This document shows positions 22,026-33,256 of a stretch of DNA of 64,000 nucleotides, one piece after another; positions within the stretch are counted from its first letter, which is position 1; every line of letters starts with the position of its first letter. This stretch comes from Candidatus Cloacimonadales bacterium. Lineage in GTDB: Bacteria; Cloacimonadota; Cloacimonadia; Cloacimonadales; JAFGVF01. The stretch is from positions 1,408,001 to 1,472,000 of the forward strand of contig CAXXOU010000004.1 of assembly GCA_963677495.2 (NCBI GenBank). Reading direction: 5' to 3'. Both the position numbers and the translations under genes were made by a program. The notes under the pieces were generated by a model that did not search any database, was not told the origin of the DNA, and was given only the letters and a program-made list of their open reading frames with translations.

Positions 22026-22114
22026 CCTATTTTGAGGCATCATTATTCCTGTAATCACTACTCCCCTACTCCCATATTCTCCCCCCTTTTCTCTCTCATT
22101 TCTCAGCAGTAATT

Positions 22115-22198
22115 CTTGGTAGACACTTGACAAACACCTGGCAAACCCTTGGCCTATTCTTGGCCTAATTACCAAGAATTTACTAACCTATCACCAAG
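22115..22198. repeat. 11-bp-phased direct/inverted repeat element (core CTTGG/CCAAG)
   Basis: cttgg/cttga/cctgg at 22115, 22126, 22137, 22148, 22159; ccaag/ctaac at 22172, 22183, 22194. Confidence 0.75.
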
Positions 22199-22583
22199 TT
22201 AAAACCTGTTTACAATCACTAATTACTGCTGAGAACAGAATGAGTGTATTGGCATACATCAAAATGAAAATGCATTAATCAGTTACTTTGCTCCCTTTCA
22301 ACCCAAAGGAATCATATGGGATTTTCTCACGATTATCACGGGAATTTCTCGGGCAAAGCCCCGGGAGATTCTCGCGTGTATCCCTTGTATTGTAAGAGGG
22401 CATAGCGATGACTTGAGCTACGTAAAACGTCTCTCCGGGGCGTTTATCCCGTTTTTTTAAGGGAGTTTGCCAGACCATCGGGAAAGCGGACTTCCTAAAA
22501 AAAAACCACCAACCCTTTTTAGGAATTTCTCATGTGCATTTGCGAAAGCGGATTGAAAAACCCTCGCTAAATAACAGCAAGCA

Positions 22584-23215
22584 TTATCCCAATGGGATAA
22601 AATGTGAATAGCCATGAAATGCATGGTCGCATGTACAATTATAACCGTCGACCCCGAAGTGGGTCGAAGATGTTCTTAGTTGAACCGATGTTTGCACTAA
22701 GGATTATTCAGCCCATTTAGGGCTGTGGTTTCTGGTGATAGTTCCTATGGGCTTGCGCCCATAGCTATTCATCTTCAGCACACAAGGTGCTGTGATATAA
22801 ACACAGAATTGTGTCTAAAATATTCTACTTGTTAGATATGTAGCTTCCCTAGAACCCCTACTTTTAAGTAGGGGAACTAATTTGACGAACTCACCTTTCC
22901 CCACCCTCCCCACATTTCAGTTCGAAATGTGGGGAGGGTGGGGTTTCCATATTTGTAATGAAGCTATGCCACCAGATAAATCTGGTGGTTTTGGGGATAA
23001 TTTATGTAATGTACATAATCATATATTATATTGATTGTTAGCACTTACTGATAGATATTTTCAACCCACTTTGGGGTTGACTTTTCTGGAAAATCATTAA
23101 CCCCGAATTGCATTCGGGGCTACTCAAATGTAACCCCTTTGGGGTTAACAAAAGATGGGCATAGCGTCGCTATGCCCATAATATTAGTGCGAGCAGGGAT
23201 GCTCGCGTACCCGGT
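22584..23215. repeat. Cluster of at least 13 short palindromes (REP-like mosaic)
   Basis: Examples: ttatccc-aat-gggataa, ctatgggc-ttgc-gcccatag, ccccaccctccccacatttc-agttc-gaaatgtggggagggtgggg, atgggcatagcg-t-cgctatgcccat. Confidence 0.8.
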
Positions 23216-23218
23216 ATA

Positions 23219-23860
23219 TTAATTCCCAATTAGATGTAACCAATCCCCAAAGAGGAACTGGATTCTACCGATTAGGAGTGAGATTCTAGCCATTACGGTA
23301 TAACCAAAGGCAGCACCGAAGCTTATCATCAGGAAGTAGATTCCAACTTTAGCTACAACACCGAATCCACCTTCATGCTTTTTACTGAAGTAGAAGTATG
23401 CAAGACCGGTTACAGTCCCAACAATCATTAGAGTCTCCCCTATCATTTGAGCTATGTTCCCGGATGCAAACGGATTAATCATTGTCGCAACAAGCTGCTG
23501 TATGAGGTCTGACTTGATGAATAAAAGGAAACTCAAACCGGAGGTTGTACCCATTAGTAATGAGATTGGGTAACGACTCAACCATTCAAGTTTAGGGATT
23601 AACCTTATTAGCATCATAACACCGAGAAGTGCAGGTACGATTAGTAACCAATTTCCACTGAAGTCAGTTGTTAATTTACTGTATAAGTTAGGAATCATTA
23701 TAAAGTAGATTGTATAGATAAACCAATAACCTGCTGAGAGACCGACGAATATCTGCTCAGCTACTTTGTATAATGGATTATCTTTATAAAGGAAGCTAAG
23801 GATAGCAAAGGTTAGAATTGCTCCAATCCAGATGCCGAGAGATGTCATTAAATCTATCAT
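23219..23860 (-). CDS. Multi-pass membrane protein, gene 4 of the DUF6754-like operon
   Basis: About 6 hydrophobic helices; SFLYKDNPLYKVAEQIFVG; start overlaps the upstream stop (ATGA). Confidence 0.85.
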   Translation of the reverse strand: MIDLMTSLGIWIGAILTFAILSFLYKDNPLYKVAEQIFVGLSAGYWFIYTIYFIMIPNLYSKLTTDFSGNWLLIVPALLGVMMLIRLIPKLEWLSRYPISLLMGTTSGLSFLLFIKSDLIQQLVATMINPFASGNIAQMIGETLMIVGTVTGLAYFYFSKKHEGGFGVVAKVGIYFLMISFGAAFGYTVMARISLLIGRIQFLFGDWLHLIGN

Positions 23861-24678
23861 TTCTTACCTCCTTTCTTCTTATCTACATAGTAGGCTATAT
23901 TACCCAAGGCAATGAAAATGATGATGATAAGATGTGCTATAGATTGTGCATCCATACCTGCAGTAGCCTTTCCGATACTACCAACAAGTTTCTCATATTC
24001 TGCTGCCCCTTTAAGTCCACCTAGTAAACCATGAAGTTGCTTTTGTTTATTTAAGTATGGTAACATCTGAGGAGCACTAACTGCTGTAGCACCACCGGCT
24101 ACCGGAACATTGTACTTATCATTGGCAACCATTATCCATTCTTTTAGCCCTGGTGTCCCTGCTGAGAGCGAGACAACGTAACCGATACTCTCAAAGTTCT
24201 TAACATTCTTCATGATAGGGATATCGCCAATCTGAGTACCGTTTATATCTTTGGGGTAAACATTAGCAAAGCTTCTGCCCATTGCTTGGATTGTAACCAT
24301 ACCACCGGCTTTATATCCTAAGTTGACATAGTCAGTTCCATATTCAACCGGATAGTCCTCTTCTAACGACCGAACAGTGTTTTCACCAATAATCACACCC
24401 ATTGGCCATAGAGCTGTCATAATCACTTTGTGCTTCTTACGGAATGCATGTTCCAGAATAGCTTTTGCCATTGGTTGAAGCTCCGCCTGACTGGCAGGAT
24501 CGAAGTCTAAGGACACAATTACCGGAGTATCTTCCGGTGTACTTTCAATCAATTCATATATATCAATTGAGTTTTGTGAAACTTCTAAATTGAATCCAAT
24601 CTTTACAAGTAACGGAATTGAGACACCGATGAACAGGAGTAGGAAGATTATTCTTCTATCGATTTTGAGGAGATTCAT
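23857..24678 (-). CDS. Membrane-anchored alpha/beta protein, gene 3 of the DUF6754-like operon
   Basis: TM - soluble domain (YGTDYVNLGYKAG, GGLKGAAEYE, MDAQSIAH) - TM; start overlaps the upstream stop (TAATG). Confidence 0.85.
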   Translation of the reverse strand: MNLLKIDRRIIFLLLFIGVSIPLLVKIGFNLEVSQNSIDIYELIESTPEDTPVIVSLDFDPASQAELQPMAKAILEHAFRKKHKVIMTALWPMGVIIGENTVRSLEEDYPVEYGTDYVNLGYKAGGMVTIQAMGRSFANVYPKDINGTQIGDIPIMKNVKNFESIGYVVSLSAGTPGLKEWIMVANDKYNVPVAGGATAVSAPQMLPYLNKQKQLHGLLGGLKGAAEYEKLVGSIGKATAGMDAQSIAHLIIIIFIALGNIAYYVDKKKGGKK

Positions 24679-25373
24679 TATTTACCTCCTAAATGAGAAC
24701 GTTCGATCCCCAGAAGAATTCGAACAGAACTACCGATTACACCTAAAGCAGCTGAGACCATAATCGCTCTTTGACCTGCTGTAGCAGGATACTTCATAAT
24801 AAAGTCAGCAATGTTTGGAAGATGCATAAACCTTAGTCCTTGTGGTAACCAACCGGTTAGAGTGCTACCGACACTTGTTCTACCAAGCATAACGAGTATG
24901 GCTGCGATCAAAAGCAGAGTTGATTCAGGGGAGCGTGCAATGAAAGCTCTATAAGCTGCTGAAGCAATGAAGAAAGCAAGTAATGCAAACATTGTTGCTT
25001 GTAGATGTTGATAGACATTATTGAAGAGATAATCGAATGGTTTTGCTCCAAAGAATGCTTGCACAGCAAGTCCATCCCCAAGCATACCAGCCTGCTTCTC
25101 AGTGCCCCATAATAAGCCGATTATCACCATAACGAAGAAGGAGACTATAGTTATTATATAATACTGCCAGTTGTCCTTCTTATGCTTGATTTTGAGGAAA
25201 GTCATAGTTAGAAGACTTATCTGACCTAAAAGTATAGCAAAACCGGCTATAATCATGAACCAGTTCTCTAGACTTGTACGAATAGTATTAAACGGAGGGT
25301 GTGGAATGAATTCGGAGAAGATGATGAGCATTCCAACGAAGAATGTAATTATTAATGGTAGTGTTCTTTTCAT
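24678..25373 (-). CDS. Multi-pass membrane protein, gene 2 of the DUF6754-like operon
   Basis: About 6 TM helices; TMFALLAFFIASAAYRAF, RILLGIER. Confidence 0.85.
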   Translation of the reverse strand: MKRTLPLIITFFVGMLIIFSEFIPHPPFNTIRTSLENWFMIIAGFAILLGQISLLTMTFLKIKHKKDNWQYYIITIVSFFVMVIIGLLWGTEKQAGMLGDGLAVQAFFGAKPFDYLFNNVYQHLQATMFALLAFFIASAAYRAFIARSPESTLLLIAAILVMLGRTSVGSTLTGWLPQGLRFMHLPNIADFIMKYPATAGQRAIMVSAALGVIGSSVRILLGIERSHLGGK

Positions 25374-25380
25374 GTTCTCC

Positions 25381-26478
25381 TCACTTCATCGACAGAAAGT
25401 CACGTAGTCCGGTAATGCCGAACATCTCAAGGATGATACCGATTACCAGAATGATTATAAATATCGCTTTGCCCCAATCCTGACCTTTAAGACCACCAAG
25501 TTGAGCAGGTTCTTTAGAGAGGTATGCTGATGCTGCAAAGAGTTCCTCACCGATGAGTGTGAAGTCACAAGCAGCCACAAAGAATGGAAGCTGAGACGGC
25601 ATAGCAGTACCGGCTGTTTGAATAGCACCACTGGCGAAACCTGTCTCTGCCAAGATAAGAGATTCAGCATAGAATGTACCGAGATAAAAGTTAGCCGCAG
25701 GCTTATCTCTGACAATTATACCATCTACCCCTGCAACAAAACCAAACTGGTCATCAGTCAAATAGAAGATGGTTTCAGGATTGAATGCATCAGGTCTACC
25801 TGCTTGCATATAAGCTTCTTTAACTATCTCACGTGCAGCGGATAAGACCATTGATCGGCAAACAGGAACGATAATTTCAGTATCATAAGTAGCAGCTTTC
25901 TTAGCAAGATGGCTAAGAATTGTCAATCCTGCAATTGTCTGCATATCATCAAGATCGGAGATACCCGGGACAAAGAGAATCGGACGTCCCATCTCTGTAG
26001 CACGTCCTACAGCTTCGTCCATTGATTCGAGACCTGAGATTCTTCTTATATAGAGCTCTTTTCCTCTTCTTGCTGAAATTATAAAGAATAGTATTAGACC
26101 CATTAATACAATAGAAGCAATAAGAACCGGAACTTTGGTTTTGTTGAACCATTGAGCAACTGGTCTACCGGTTAACTCATTCGAAGTAATTAAAGAATCA
26201 GCATTATAGAAGTTTATTCTATATCTGTATTCTTTCTTATAATCTAGTTCCTTATCCTGGAACGATTTTGTTCCGTTTGTAACAGTAATAAGCTCTTCAT
26301 AAGAACCTTCTACATTCTCTTTTTCAACAATAACTTTATCGATAGCTTCATCGCCATAATCCCATTCCAGGAGTAGTACACTCCCATCATCATTAGGTAA
26401 GTCTGAAATTGCTGATTGAGTTGAGAAGATGCATAATGGTAAAAGTAGCAGTAAAATAGCTATTAGATGTCGTCGCAT
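25381..26478 (-). CDS. Fn3-like plus DUF6754-like membrane protein, gene 1 of the operon
   Basis: Signal peptide; Fn3-like segment (LLEW...YRYRI); TM; RRISGLESMDEAVGRATEMGRP...LIGEELFAASAYLS...QD; C-terminal TM; RBS GGAGAG. Confidence 0.82.
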   Translation of the reverse strand: MRRHLIAILLLLLPLCIFSTQSAISDLPNDDGSVLLLEWDYGDEAIDKVIVEKENVEGSYEELITVTNGTKSFQDKELDYKKEYRYRINFYNADSLITSNELTGRPVAQWFNKTKVPVLIASIVLMGLILFFIISARRGKELYIRRISGLESMDEAVGRATEMGRPILFVPGISDLDDMQTIAGLTILSHLAKKAATYDTEIIVPVCRSMVLSAAREIVKEAYMQAGRPDAFNPETIFYLTDDQFGFVAGVDGIIVRDKPAANFYLGTFYAESLILAETGFASGAIQTAGTAMPSQLPFFVAACDFTLIGEELFAASAYLSKEPAQLGGLKGQDWGKAIFIIILVIGIILEMFGITGLRDFLSMK

Positions 26479-26666
26479 ACACTCTCCGTTTTATTGTGAT
26501 AGCTAATTAATTAAAATCAGATTTTGAGTGTCAATGAAAGAGTTGGATTTGATTTAATCAGTTACTAACAAAATGAAACAAAAGAAAGAAATACAAAAAA
26601 ATGTTGACGATAAGAAACCTGTATGTATAAATCAGATTAGAAGCGATTCAGATAATGCGAGGAAAT

Positions 26667-29600
26667 ATGAAAAAAGTTATACTACTATCCCTATTCCTAT
26701 TAATTTGTGTTTCAGTATTCTGTCAATTAAGTGATAATATTCCCAATATTTTAGTCATTCAATCTTACCATTCAGGTTATAAATGGTCTGATGAAGTACA
26801 GAATGGTATTGTTAATACTCTACGGGATTATAATTCAAAGGTCCATATATCAACCGAATATATGGATACGAAAAGATACAGTACAAAGTTTGATATAACT
26901 GAAGCAAAACGCATTTTTACTCGCAAGTACAAAGAGATGAAGTTCGATTTAATTATCACTGTCGATAATTTTGCATACAATTTTATTCATGAAATTGGTG
27001 ATACTATCTTTCATAAAGTCCCAATTGTTTTCTGTGGAGTGAATGGTTTCGAATACTCAATGCTTAATGATAAGACCAATATAGCCGGTGTTAATGAAAA
27101 AGCAGGTATTCTGCAAAACTTCAAGTTAATCCGAAAAATACATCCTGATGTTGAAACAATTTTCGTAGTTAATGATGAGACATTAACAGGAAAAGAGTTA
27201 AATAGAGAGATAGACAAAGCTAAAAAATGGTTACCTCCAACAATTATGTTAGAGCAACCTCGCAATATTTCAATGGAAGACTTAAAGGTAAAACTTGGGA
27301 ACCTATCCCCAAACACTATTGTTCTCTATACAATATTTTTTAAAGATGGGAACAACAAGTTTTTTGAGTTTGATAATAGTATAATTGAAGTTGTTAATGC
27401 CAGTAATTCCCCTGTTTACGCTTGTTGGGATTTCAGTCTTGATTATGGTACTGTAGGCGGTTTCATGAATAATGGTGCCTATCAGGGCGAGAAAGCAGCT
27501 AAGAAGGCCATTTATATATTAGAAGGTAATGATCCACAAGAAGCCGGAATAGATATGACTAGTGCAAACAGATATATGTTTGACTATAAAGCACTTCAAA
27601 GATGGGAAATCAAGAAGAAGCAACTTCCAAACAGATCAATAGTAATAAACTCACCTGAAACATTTTTCGAAAAAAACAGGACACTGTTACTTCAGTTTGG
27701 TGCACTATTAGTGTTATTAATAGCTATTATCCTAATTCTTATAATAAATACTCTTAAAAGAGGAAAACTCCATAAGAAACTTGCAGAATCCCATGATAAG
27801 CTTACAAGTCTAGCTGGTAGTCTTGAATCTACTGTTAGAGCGAGGACGCAAGAGCTTGAAGATGAACGAACATTTATGTCTACTGTTCTTGATACGGAAG
27901 AAGCTATGGTTCTTGTGGTAAGTAATCGAGGAAGAATTAAAAGAGCTAATGTGTTCGCTAAAAAGCTTCTTGGGTATCAAGTTACTGATGAAGTTGAAGG
28001 AGAGTTCTGTACATTCATCTCCGATAAGAACATGGTTACTCATTTTAAGTCATCTTATGATAAACCTGAAATGTTTAGACATGGCATTACGCAAGAGTGC
28101 CCAATCCGATCATTACATGGTGTTGATTATGTTATACGTGCCAACTTTACAGGAATGTATACTAACAACGTTCTTGAATATGTTGTTATAACAGGTTTGG
28201 ACATTACAAAAGAGAAGAAAACCGCTAAAGAGTTAGCAACAAAAGAAAAGAGATTTAGACAGGTTTTTGAGAACAATGGGTCTGCAACTATATCTTTTAA
28301 AAGAGATGAAACAATTAATATGGCCAATGCTGAATTTGAAGCACTAGCAGGTTGTAGTAGAGAACAGGTTATTGGTAAAATGAAGTGGTCTGATTTTGTC
28401 CATCATTCTCAAGTCTCAAAGATGCGTAAGTATCAGGAACTCAGATGGCAGGGCGATCCACATATACCAAACAAGTATGAATTCAAATTTGTTGATGTTA
28501 ATGGCATAGTTAAGGACGTTTTGATAACTGTTGTTATGCTCCCTGAATCTGAGGAATCAGTCGTAACTCTGCTTGATATTACTAATAGAAAGAATGCAGA
28601 ACGAGCAACAAAGCAAGCAATGCGAGCAGAAAAAGCGGCAAATAAAGCTAAATCATCATTCTTAGCAAATATGAGCCATGAGATAAGAACTCCTCTTAAT
28701 GCTATAATTGGTATGTCTTACTTGATGTTCGATACAAAACTTGATGAAGAGCAAAGAGACTTCATTGAAACTATCAAGATAAGTAGTGATGCTCTTTTAG
28801 CTATAATTAATGACATCCTCGATTACTCAAAGATTGAAGCAGGAAAGCTAGAATTAGAAGCCATTCCATTCGAAATCACTGATCTTGTTGAAGATGTTCT
28901 CGATATGTTTGCCGGAACAGCAAGTAAGAAAGGTATAGAATTGATTTACCAAATTGCTGAAGATGTTCCTCTTACTATAGTTGGTGATCGCAACAAATTG
29001 AGGCAGATTTTAATCAATCTTGTTGGTAATGCACTTAAATTCACTGAGCAAGGTGAGATAGTTATTGAGGTTACAAATCAGAAGGTTGGAGAAGAGAATA
29101 GAGTTGAATTTAGAGTTGCTGATACCGGAATTGGTATTAAAGAGGACAATCTGAACAGATTATTTAAATCTTTCAGTCAAGTTGATGCTTCTACAACCAG
29201 AAAGTTTGGAGGGACTGGTTTAGGACTAGCAATTTCCAAGCGTTTGAGCGAAATGATGGGTGGATCAATGTGGGTTGAAAGTGTATATGGAAAAGGTTCA
29301 ATATTCCACTTTGATATACAGGTTGCTGCCGGAGAAACAAAGAAGAAAGTTTTCCAGAAGAAAGAGCAACCTAATCTTCAAGACAAACGTGCACTTATTG
29401 TTGATGATAATGATAAGAACAGACAGATACTGCAACATCAGTTATCATGGTGGGGTATGAGCTCAGAAGCTGTTGAGACTCCTTTTGAAGCTTTAGAACT
29501 AATACAGAAAGAGGACTTCGATATTGTACTTTCTGATTACCTCATGCCTGATATGGATGGTGCTGAGATGTGTAAGAAGATCAGGACAGATCTTAATATG

Positions 29601-30179
29601 ACGAGTTTACCGCTCATCATCCTTACATCAGCGGGAAACATTGAGGACTGCAAACCTTTCTGTGATAAAGTACTAACTAAACCCGTAAAAATATCTAACC
29701 TCTATAAAGTTATATACAACTTATTCTCCCATTCCGATGAAGAAGTTACCTATGAACGTAAAGATTTGGGATTTGATAGAAGTCTTGCTGATAAAATCCC
29801 ATTGAAGATATTAGTTGCTGAAGATAATTTCATCAATCAAAAAGTGATTCTGAAGATACTTGAAAGACTTGGTTATGATGCTGATATTGTTGAAAATGGT
29901 GAAGAAGTACTAAACATAGTGCCTAGAAATGATTATGATATCATACTGATGGATATTCAGATGCCAATAATGGATGGTATCATTGCTTCAGCAGAAGTAA
30001 GAGCTTTGGGAGACAAGATTAAACAGCCACAAATCGTTGCCTTAACAGCACATGCTATTGCTGATCAATTGGATAAAATAGTAACAGATGATATGGATGG
30101 TTTTCTTACAAAGCCTGTCTCCATTAACTCATTAAGAAAAGGCTTAGAGAACGCTTACAACAGAATAAAGGATAAGTAG
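26667..30179 (+). CDS. Hybrid sensor histidine kinase (periplasmic ABC-binding-like sensor, 2 PAS, HisKA, HATPase, 2 REC)
   Basis: [43 protein letters not shown], two receiver domains (DYLMP, MDIQMP). Confidence 0.95.
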   Translation: MKKVILLSLFLLICVSVFCQLSDNIPNILVIQSYHSGYKWSDEVQNGIVNTLRDYNSKVHISTEYMDTKRYSTKFDITEAKRIFTRKYKEMKFDLIITVDNFAYNFIHEIGDTIFHKVPIVFCGVNGFEYSMLNDKTNIAGVNEKAGILQNFKLIRKIHPDVETIFVVNDETLTGKELNREIDKAKKWLPPTIMLEQPRNISMEDLKVKLGNLSPNTIVLYTIFFKDGNNKFFEFDNSIIEVVNASNSPVYACWDFSLDYGTVGGFMNNGAYQGEKAAKKAIYILEGNDPQEAGIDMTSANRYMFDYKALQRWEIKKKQLPNRSIVINSPETFFEKNRTLLLQFGALLVLLIAIILILIINTLKRGKLHKKLAESHDKLTSLAGSLESTVRARTQELEDERTFMSTVLDTEEAMVLVVSNRGRIKRANVFAKKLLGYQVTDEVEGEFCTFISDKNMVTHFKSSYDKPEMFRHGITQECPIRSLHGVDYVIRANFTGMYTNNVLEYVVITGLDITKEKKTAKELATKEKRFRQVFENNGSATISFKRDETINMANAEFEALAGCSREQVIGKMKWSDFVHHSQVSKMRKYQELRWQGDPHIPNKYEFKFVDVNGIVKDVLITVVMLPESEESVVTLLDITNRKNAERATKQAMRAEKAANKAKSSFLANMSHEIRTPLNAIIGMSYLMFDTKLDEEQRDFIETIKISSDALLAIINDILDYSKIEAGKLELEAIPFEITDLVEDVLDMFAGTASKKGIELIYQIAEDVPLTIVGDRNKLRQILINLVGNALKFTEQGEIVIEVTNQKVGEENRVEFRVADTGIGIKEDNLNRLFKSFSQVDASTTRKFGGTGLGLAISKRLSEMMGGSMWVESVYGKGSIFHFDIQVAAGETKKKVFQKKEQPNLQDKRALIVDDNDKNRQILQHQLSWWGMSSEAVETPFEALELIQKEDFDIVLSDYLMPDMDGAEMCKKIRTDLNMTSLPLIILTSAGNIEDCKPFCDKVLTKPVKISNLYKVIYNLFSHSDEEVTYERKDLGFDRSLADKIPLKILVAEDNFINQKVILKILERLGYDADIVENGEEVLNIVPRNDYDIILMDIQMPIMDGIIASAEVRALGDKIKQPQIVALTAHAIADQLDKIVTDDMDGFLTKPVSINSLRKGLENAYNRIKDK

Positions 30180-30181
30180 GT

Positions 30182-30258
30182 TGGCGTCCCCGGCGCGATT
30201 CGAACGCACGGCCTTTTGATCCGGAGTCAAACGCTCTATCCAGCTGAGCTACGGGGAC
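30182..30258 (-). tRNA. tRNA-Arg (anticodon CCG)
   Basis: Minus strand GTCCCCGTAGCTCAGCTGGATAGAGCG-TTTGA-CTCCGGA-TCAAA-AGGCCGTGCGTTCGAATCGCGCCGGGGACGCCA; cloverleaf with encoded CCA. Confidence 0.96.
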
Positions 30259-30308
30259 ACTTGATTACGTATTTTTCTGACTAAATTAATGTCAAGAAAA
30301 CAGAGTTA

Positions 30309-31421
30309 CTATTTCATAATAATGGGAAGTTCAACATAGAATTCAGCTCCACCTGTATCAGAATTTGAATAGGTAATAGTTCCACCATGGTCTGTAACAA
30401 TTTTCTTACAAATAGCTAAACCTATACCCTTCCCTTTTTCAGGAGAATTGCTTCTGAATGGTTCATACAAACTTGATAGCATATCTTCTGATATTCCTGG
30501 GCCATCATCTTTAACGGAGAATTTGATATAGTCTTCTCTCCCGTTAAAATCAAAATAGATGTTACCCTTATCTCCAACTGCACTAACAGCATTTTTTATA
30601 AGGTTTTCCATTAACCTTCTGAATCGTACGATATCAATATAATAGTACTCAGGAGCATTTCCTTCCCAATGAATCTGAATGTCTTTAAATTCACTTAGCT
30701 TCTTCACATACATCTCCATCTCATTGAAAAGTGTTTTGCTTGAGTATTTCTCGAAATAAAGTTCTGTTGAATTACCTTTAACAAACTCAACTATCTCTTC
30801 AATAATGTATGAGATCTTCTCTGCACTTTTGTTTATCTCACCAATATATTCTGAAGCTTCCGGAAACTCATCTGCCATCAATTGAGAACTGATAAAGATT
30901 GATGTCAAAGGTACTCGAACATCATGCATAATCTTACTTAAAGTTTGGCTTAAAGTAAAGAGCTTATTCTTCATAATGAACGAATCCACCATGTCAGCAA
31001 TCTTATTATTTGTCTGGGACAATCTCTTTGAAAGAGTGTTTAGAAGATTGAACATAACTATTGGGTTAGCATAACTAAACTCTAGAAAGTCACTGCCTTT
31101 AATCTCATAAGCTTCGATATCTGTTAAGGCAATAACATTTGCACTTCTCTCTCCGAGACCAAACACTGACATTTCTCCAACACAATCATACTCTTCTAAT
31201 ATAGTTAGCCTTGCTTCATCCCCTGTCTGATTCAACCCCTTGGTTATCTCAACCGAACCCGATTTAATTATCCAAAGAGCTGTGTCCCCATTCCCTTCAT
31301 TGATAAGTGTTGTACCCTTATCCAATGAAACTAGTTTAAACTTTTCAGCTACCTCTTGTAAGGTTTCTGGAGCTAATTGTTTAAACACTTTCACATTACT
31401 TAAAAAAGATATTTTATCCAT
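30309..31421 (-). CDS. Cyclic-nucleotide-binding domain histidine kinase
   Basis: cNMP motif GEMSVF...RSANVIA; HDVRVPL; NLIKNA, DDGPGI, GIGLAI. Confidence 0.9.
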   Translation of the reverse strand: MDKISFLSNVKVFKQLAPETLQEVAEKFKLVSLDKGTTLINEGNGDTALWIIKSGSVEITKGLNQTGDEARLTILEEYDCVGEMSVFGLGERSANVIALTDIEAYEIKGSDFLEFSYANPIVMFNLLNTLSKRLSQTNNKIADMVDSFIMKNKLFTLSQTLSKIMHDVRVPLTSIFISSQLMADEFPEASEYIGEINKSAEKISYIIEEIVEFVKGNSTELYFEKYSSKTLFNEMEMYVKKLSEFKDIQIHWEGNAPEYYYIDIVRFRRLMENLIKNAVSAVGDKGNIYFDFNGREDYIKFSVKDDGPGISEDMLSSLYEPFRSNSPEKGKGIGLAICKKIVTDHGGTITYSNSDTGGAEFYVELPIIMK

Positions 31422-31430
31422 ACAAACCTC

Positions 31431-32384
31431 TTATAAATATCTGTTTTTTTTACTAAGGTGATTAGTAACATAGTCCCTAACCCCTTCTTCTAATGTATTC
31501 ATTATTACACCTGTGGTTTCATGCAATCTTCTTCCATCAGCCTGTGTGAAATACTGATACTTGCCCCGAAGATTACTAGGCATTTCGACATAATCAATAT
31601 TAACAGTCTTACCCATTGCCATGAAAACTGCTTTTGCTAAATCGTTCCAACTTCTGGCACTACCTGTACCCAGGTTATATATACCATTCCATTCTGGATT
31701 TACAAGAAACTTGAACATTACATCAGTAACATCTTTTACATAAATGAAGTCTCGTTTTTGTTCTCCATCTGCATAATTGGGATGATAGGATTTAAATAGT
31801 GACACTGTTCCAGTTTCAAGTATCTGGTGAAAAGCTTTGTAAACTACGCTCTTCATACTTCCCTTATGATATTCGTTAGGCCCATAAACATTGAAGAACT
31901 TAAAGCCTGCAACTTTCGAGTCAAGTTTAGTTCTCTTAATGTATTCATCCATTAATTGTTTTGAATATCCGTACATATTCAATGGTCTTAAGCCATCTAT
32001 CGATTCATCTGAATAACCTAAAGAACCATCCCCATATGTTGCAGCACTACTTGCATAGATGAATCTTGCATTATTCTTCACTGACCATTCGGCTAAATCA
32101 CGCGAATACTTAAAATTATTATTCATAAGATAATCAGCATCCAGCTCTGTTGTAGCCGAACATGCTCCCATATGAATAACAGCTTCAACATGCTCGAATT
32201 TATCAATTGAACTCATTAACTGAGATTTATCAAGGTAATCGATAAAGCTCTTACCCTGTAGATTCTTCCATTTTTCACTGCTTTTCAGGGAATCAATTAC
32301 GACAATATCATCAATCCCTTCCTGATTCAGTTTAGCTAGCATTGCACTGCCAATGAATCCTGCTCCACCTGTGAGTAAAATCAT
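31431..32384 (-). CDS. rfaD: ADP-L-glycero-D-manno-heptose 6-epimerase
   Basis: TGGAGFIGS, HMGACSATTE, YASSAATYG, PLNMYGYSK, FNVYGPNEYHKG, KYQYFTQAD. Confidence 0.95.
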   Translation of the reverse strand: MILLTGGAGFIGSAMLAKLNQEGIDDIVVIDSLKSSEKWKNLQGKSFIDYLDKSQLMSSIDKFEHVEAVIHMGACSATTELDADYLMNNNFKYSRDLAEWSVKNNARFIYASSAATYGDGSLGYSDESIDGLRPLNMYGYSKQLMDEYIKRTKLDSKVAGFKFFNVYGPNEYHKGSMKSVVYKAFHQILETGTVSLFKSYHPNYADGEQKRDFIYVKDVTDVMFKFLVNPEWNGIYNLGTGSARSWNDLAKAVFMAMGKTVNIDYVEMPSNLRGKYQYFTQADGRRLHETTGVIMNTLEEGVRDYVTNHLSKKNRYL

Positions 32385-32446
32385 AGTTTGTAAACCATCC
32401 TTATAAAATCGTTACTTAAAAAAAAAGGACGTCAAGTCTTTATTTG

Positions 32447-33217
32447 CTATATAGAGAATTTTCTTTGTAGACTACCGATTGCTGCCAAGTAGACTTTCTC
32501 TATCAGTTCATCTTCAGGGAATGTTTCGCGTAATCTTGTGTGTAAATCCATATCAATCAAAACCCTTGCAGATGATGAATAATTAAGATCTTTAAACCAA
32601 CATAGTAGCATTAACTTGAAATCAGTTACGGTTTTCAACTCCGTTCCTAAAACAGGTTTATTCTCAATCACCTTGTACGCAACTTTTTGAGAATAATCGT
32701 TTGTTATGGGTAAGTTATGTACAAGGCAAGGCGTAATGCTATCCTGATTGAAAAGCTTGATAAACAAATCAAGTACATCAATCTTATCAGCATCTCTTAC
32801 AAGTTTCACATATCTCTTACATACTGAATTAAGCTCTTTTGAAACTCTAAGTGCATTATGTGTTTTTGCTACATTTAACACTATTTCTCGCCAAACACCT
32901 GGCATCGTGTTGTAAAGAATATCAGTATTCTTTAAGTATTTATACCCTAGCTCTCCATGGTTCTCAGTTTTACTATCGGTAAAACTCCTATACTTCTTAT
33001 ATTGCTCGAAACGACCTACATCATGTAAAAGCCCGGCTACATATGCTAATTCGTTATCAAATCCATATTTTGGTTCTTGAGATGAAATACTTTGTGACAG
33101 TTGAGCTACCCTATATGAATGGTCTATTTTCAGTTTAATATTAGCATCATAGTCTTTTTCACCAATCAAGTACCCTGCAGTAAGAGTTTCAAAGTGTTGT
33201 TTTAATAAATCTATCAT
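32447..33217 (-). CDS. HD domain phosphohydrolase
   Basis: H...LLHDVGRFEQY...HG...H...RDADK. Confidence 0.88.
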   Translation of the reverse strand: MIDLLKQHFETLTAGYLIGEKDYDANIKLKIDHSYRVAQLSQSISSQEPKYGFDNELAYVAGLLHDVGRFEQYKKYRSFTDSKTENHGELGYKYLKNTDILYNTMPGVWREIVLNVAKTHNALRVSKELNSVCKRYVKLVRDADKIDVLDLFIKLFNQDSITPCLVHNLPITNDYSQKVAYKVIENKPVLGTELKTVTDFKLMLLCWFKDLNYSSSARVLIDMDLHTRLRETFPEDELIEKVYLAAIGSLQRKFSI

Positions 33218-33226
33218 AAAATAACA

Positions 33227-33248
33227 AAGGGGGCTTCAAGGCCCCCTT
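33227..33248 (-). terminator. Terminator hairpin after glnA
   Basis: aagggggc-ttcaag-gccccctt with a T-rich tail on the minus strand. Confidence 0.65.
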
Positions 33249-33256
33249 CTCCTTAA

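Noticed and set aside
30182..30258. tRNA-Arg as an island integration site
   Set aside because: No integrase nearby and no duplicated tRNA 3' end noticed
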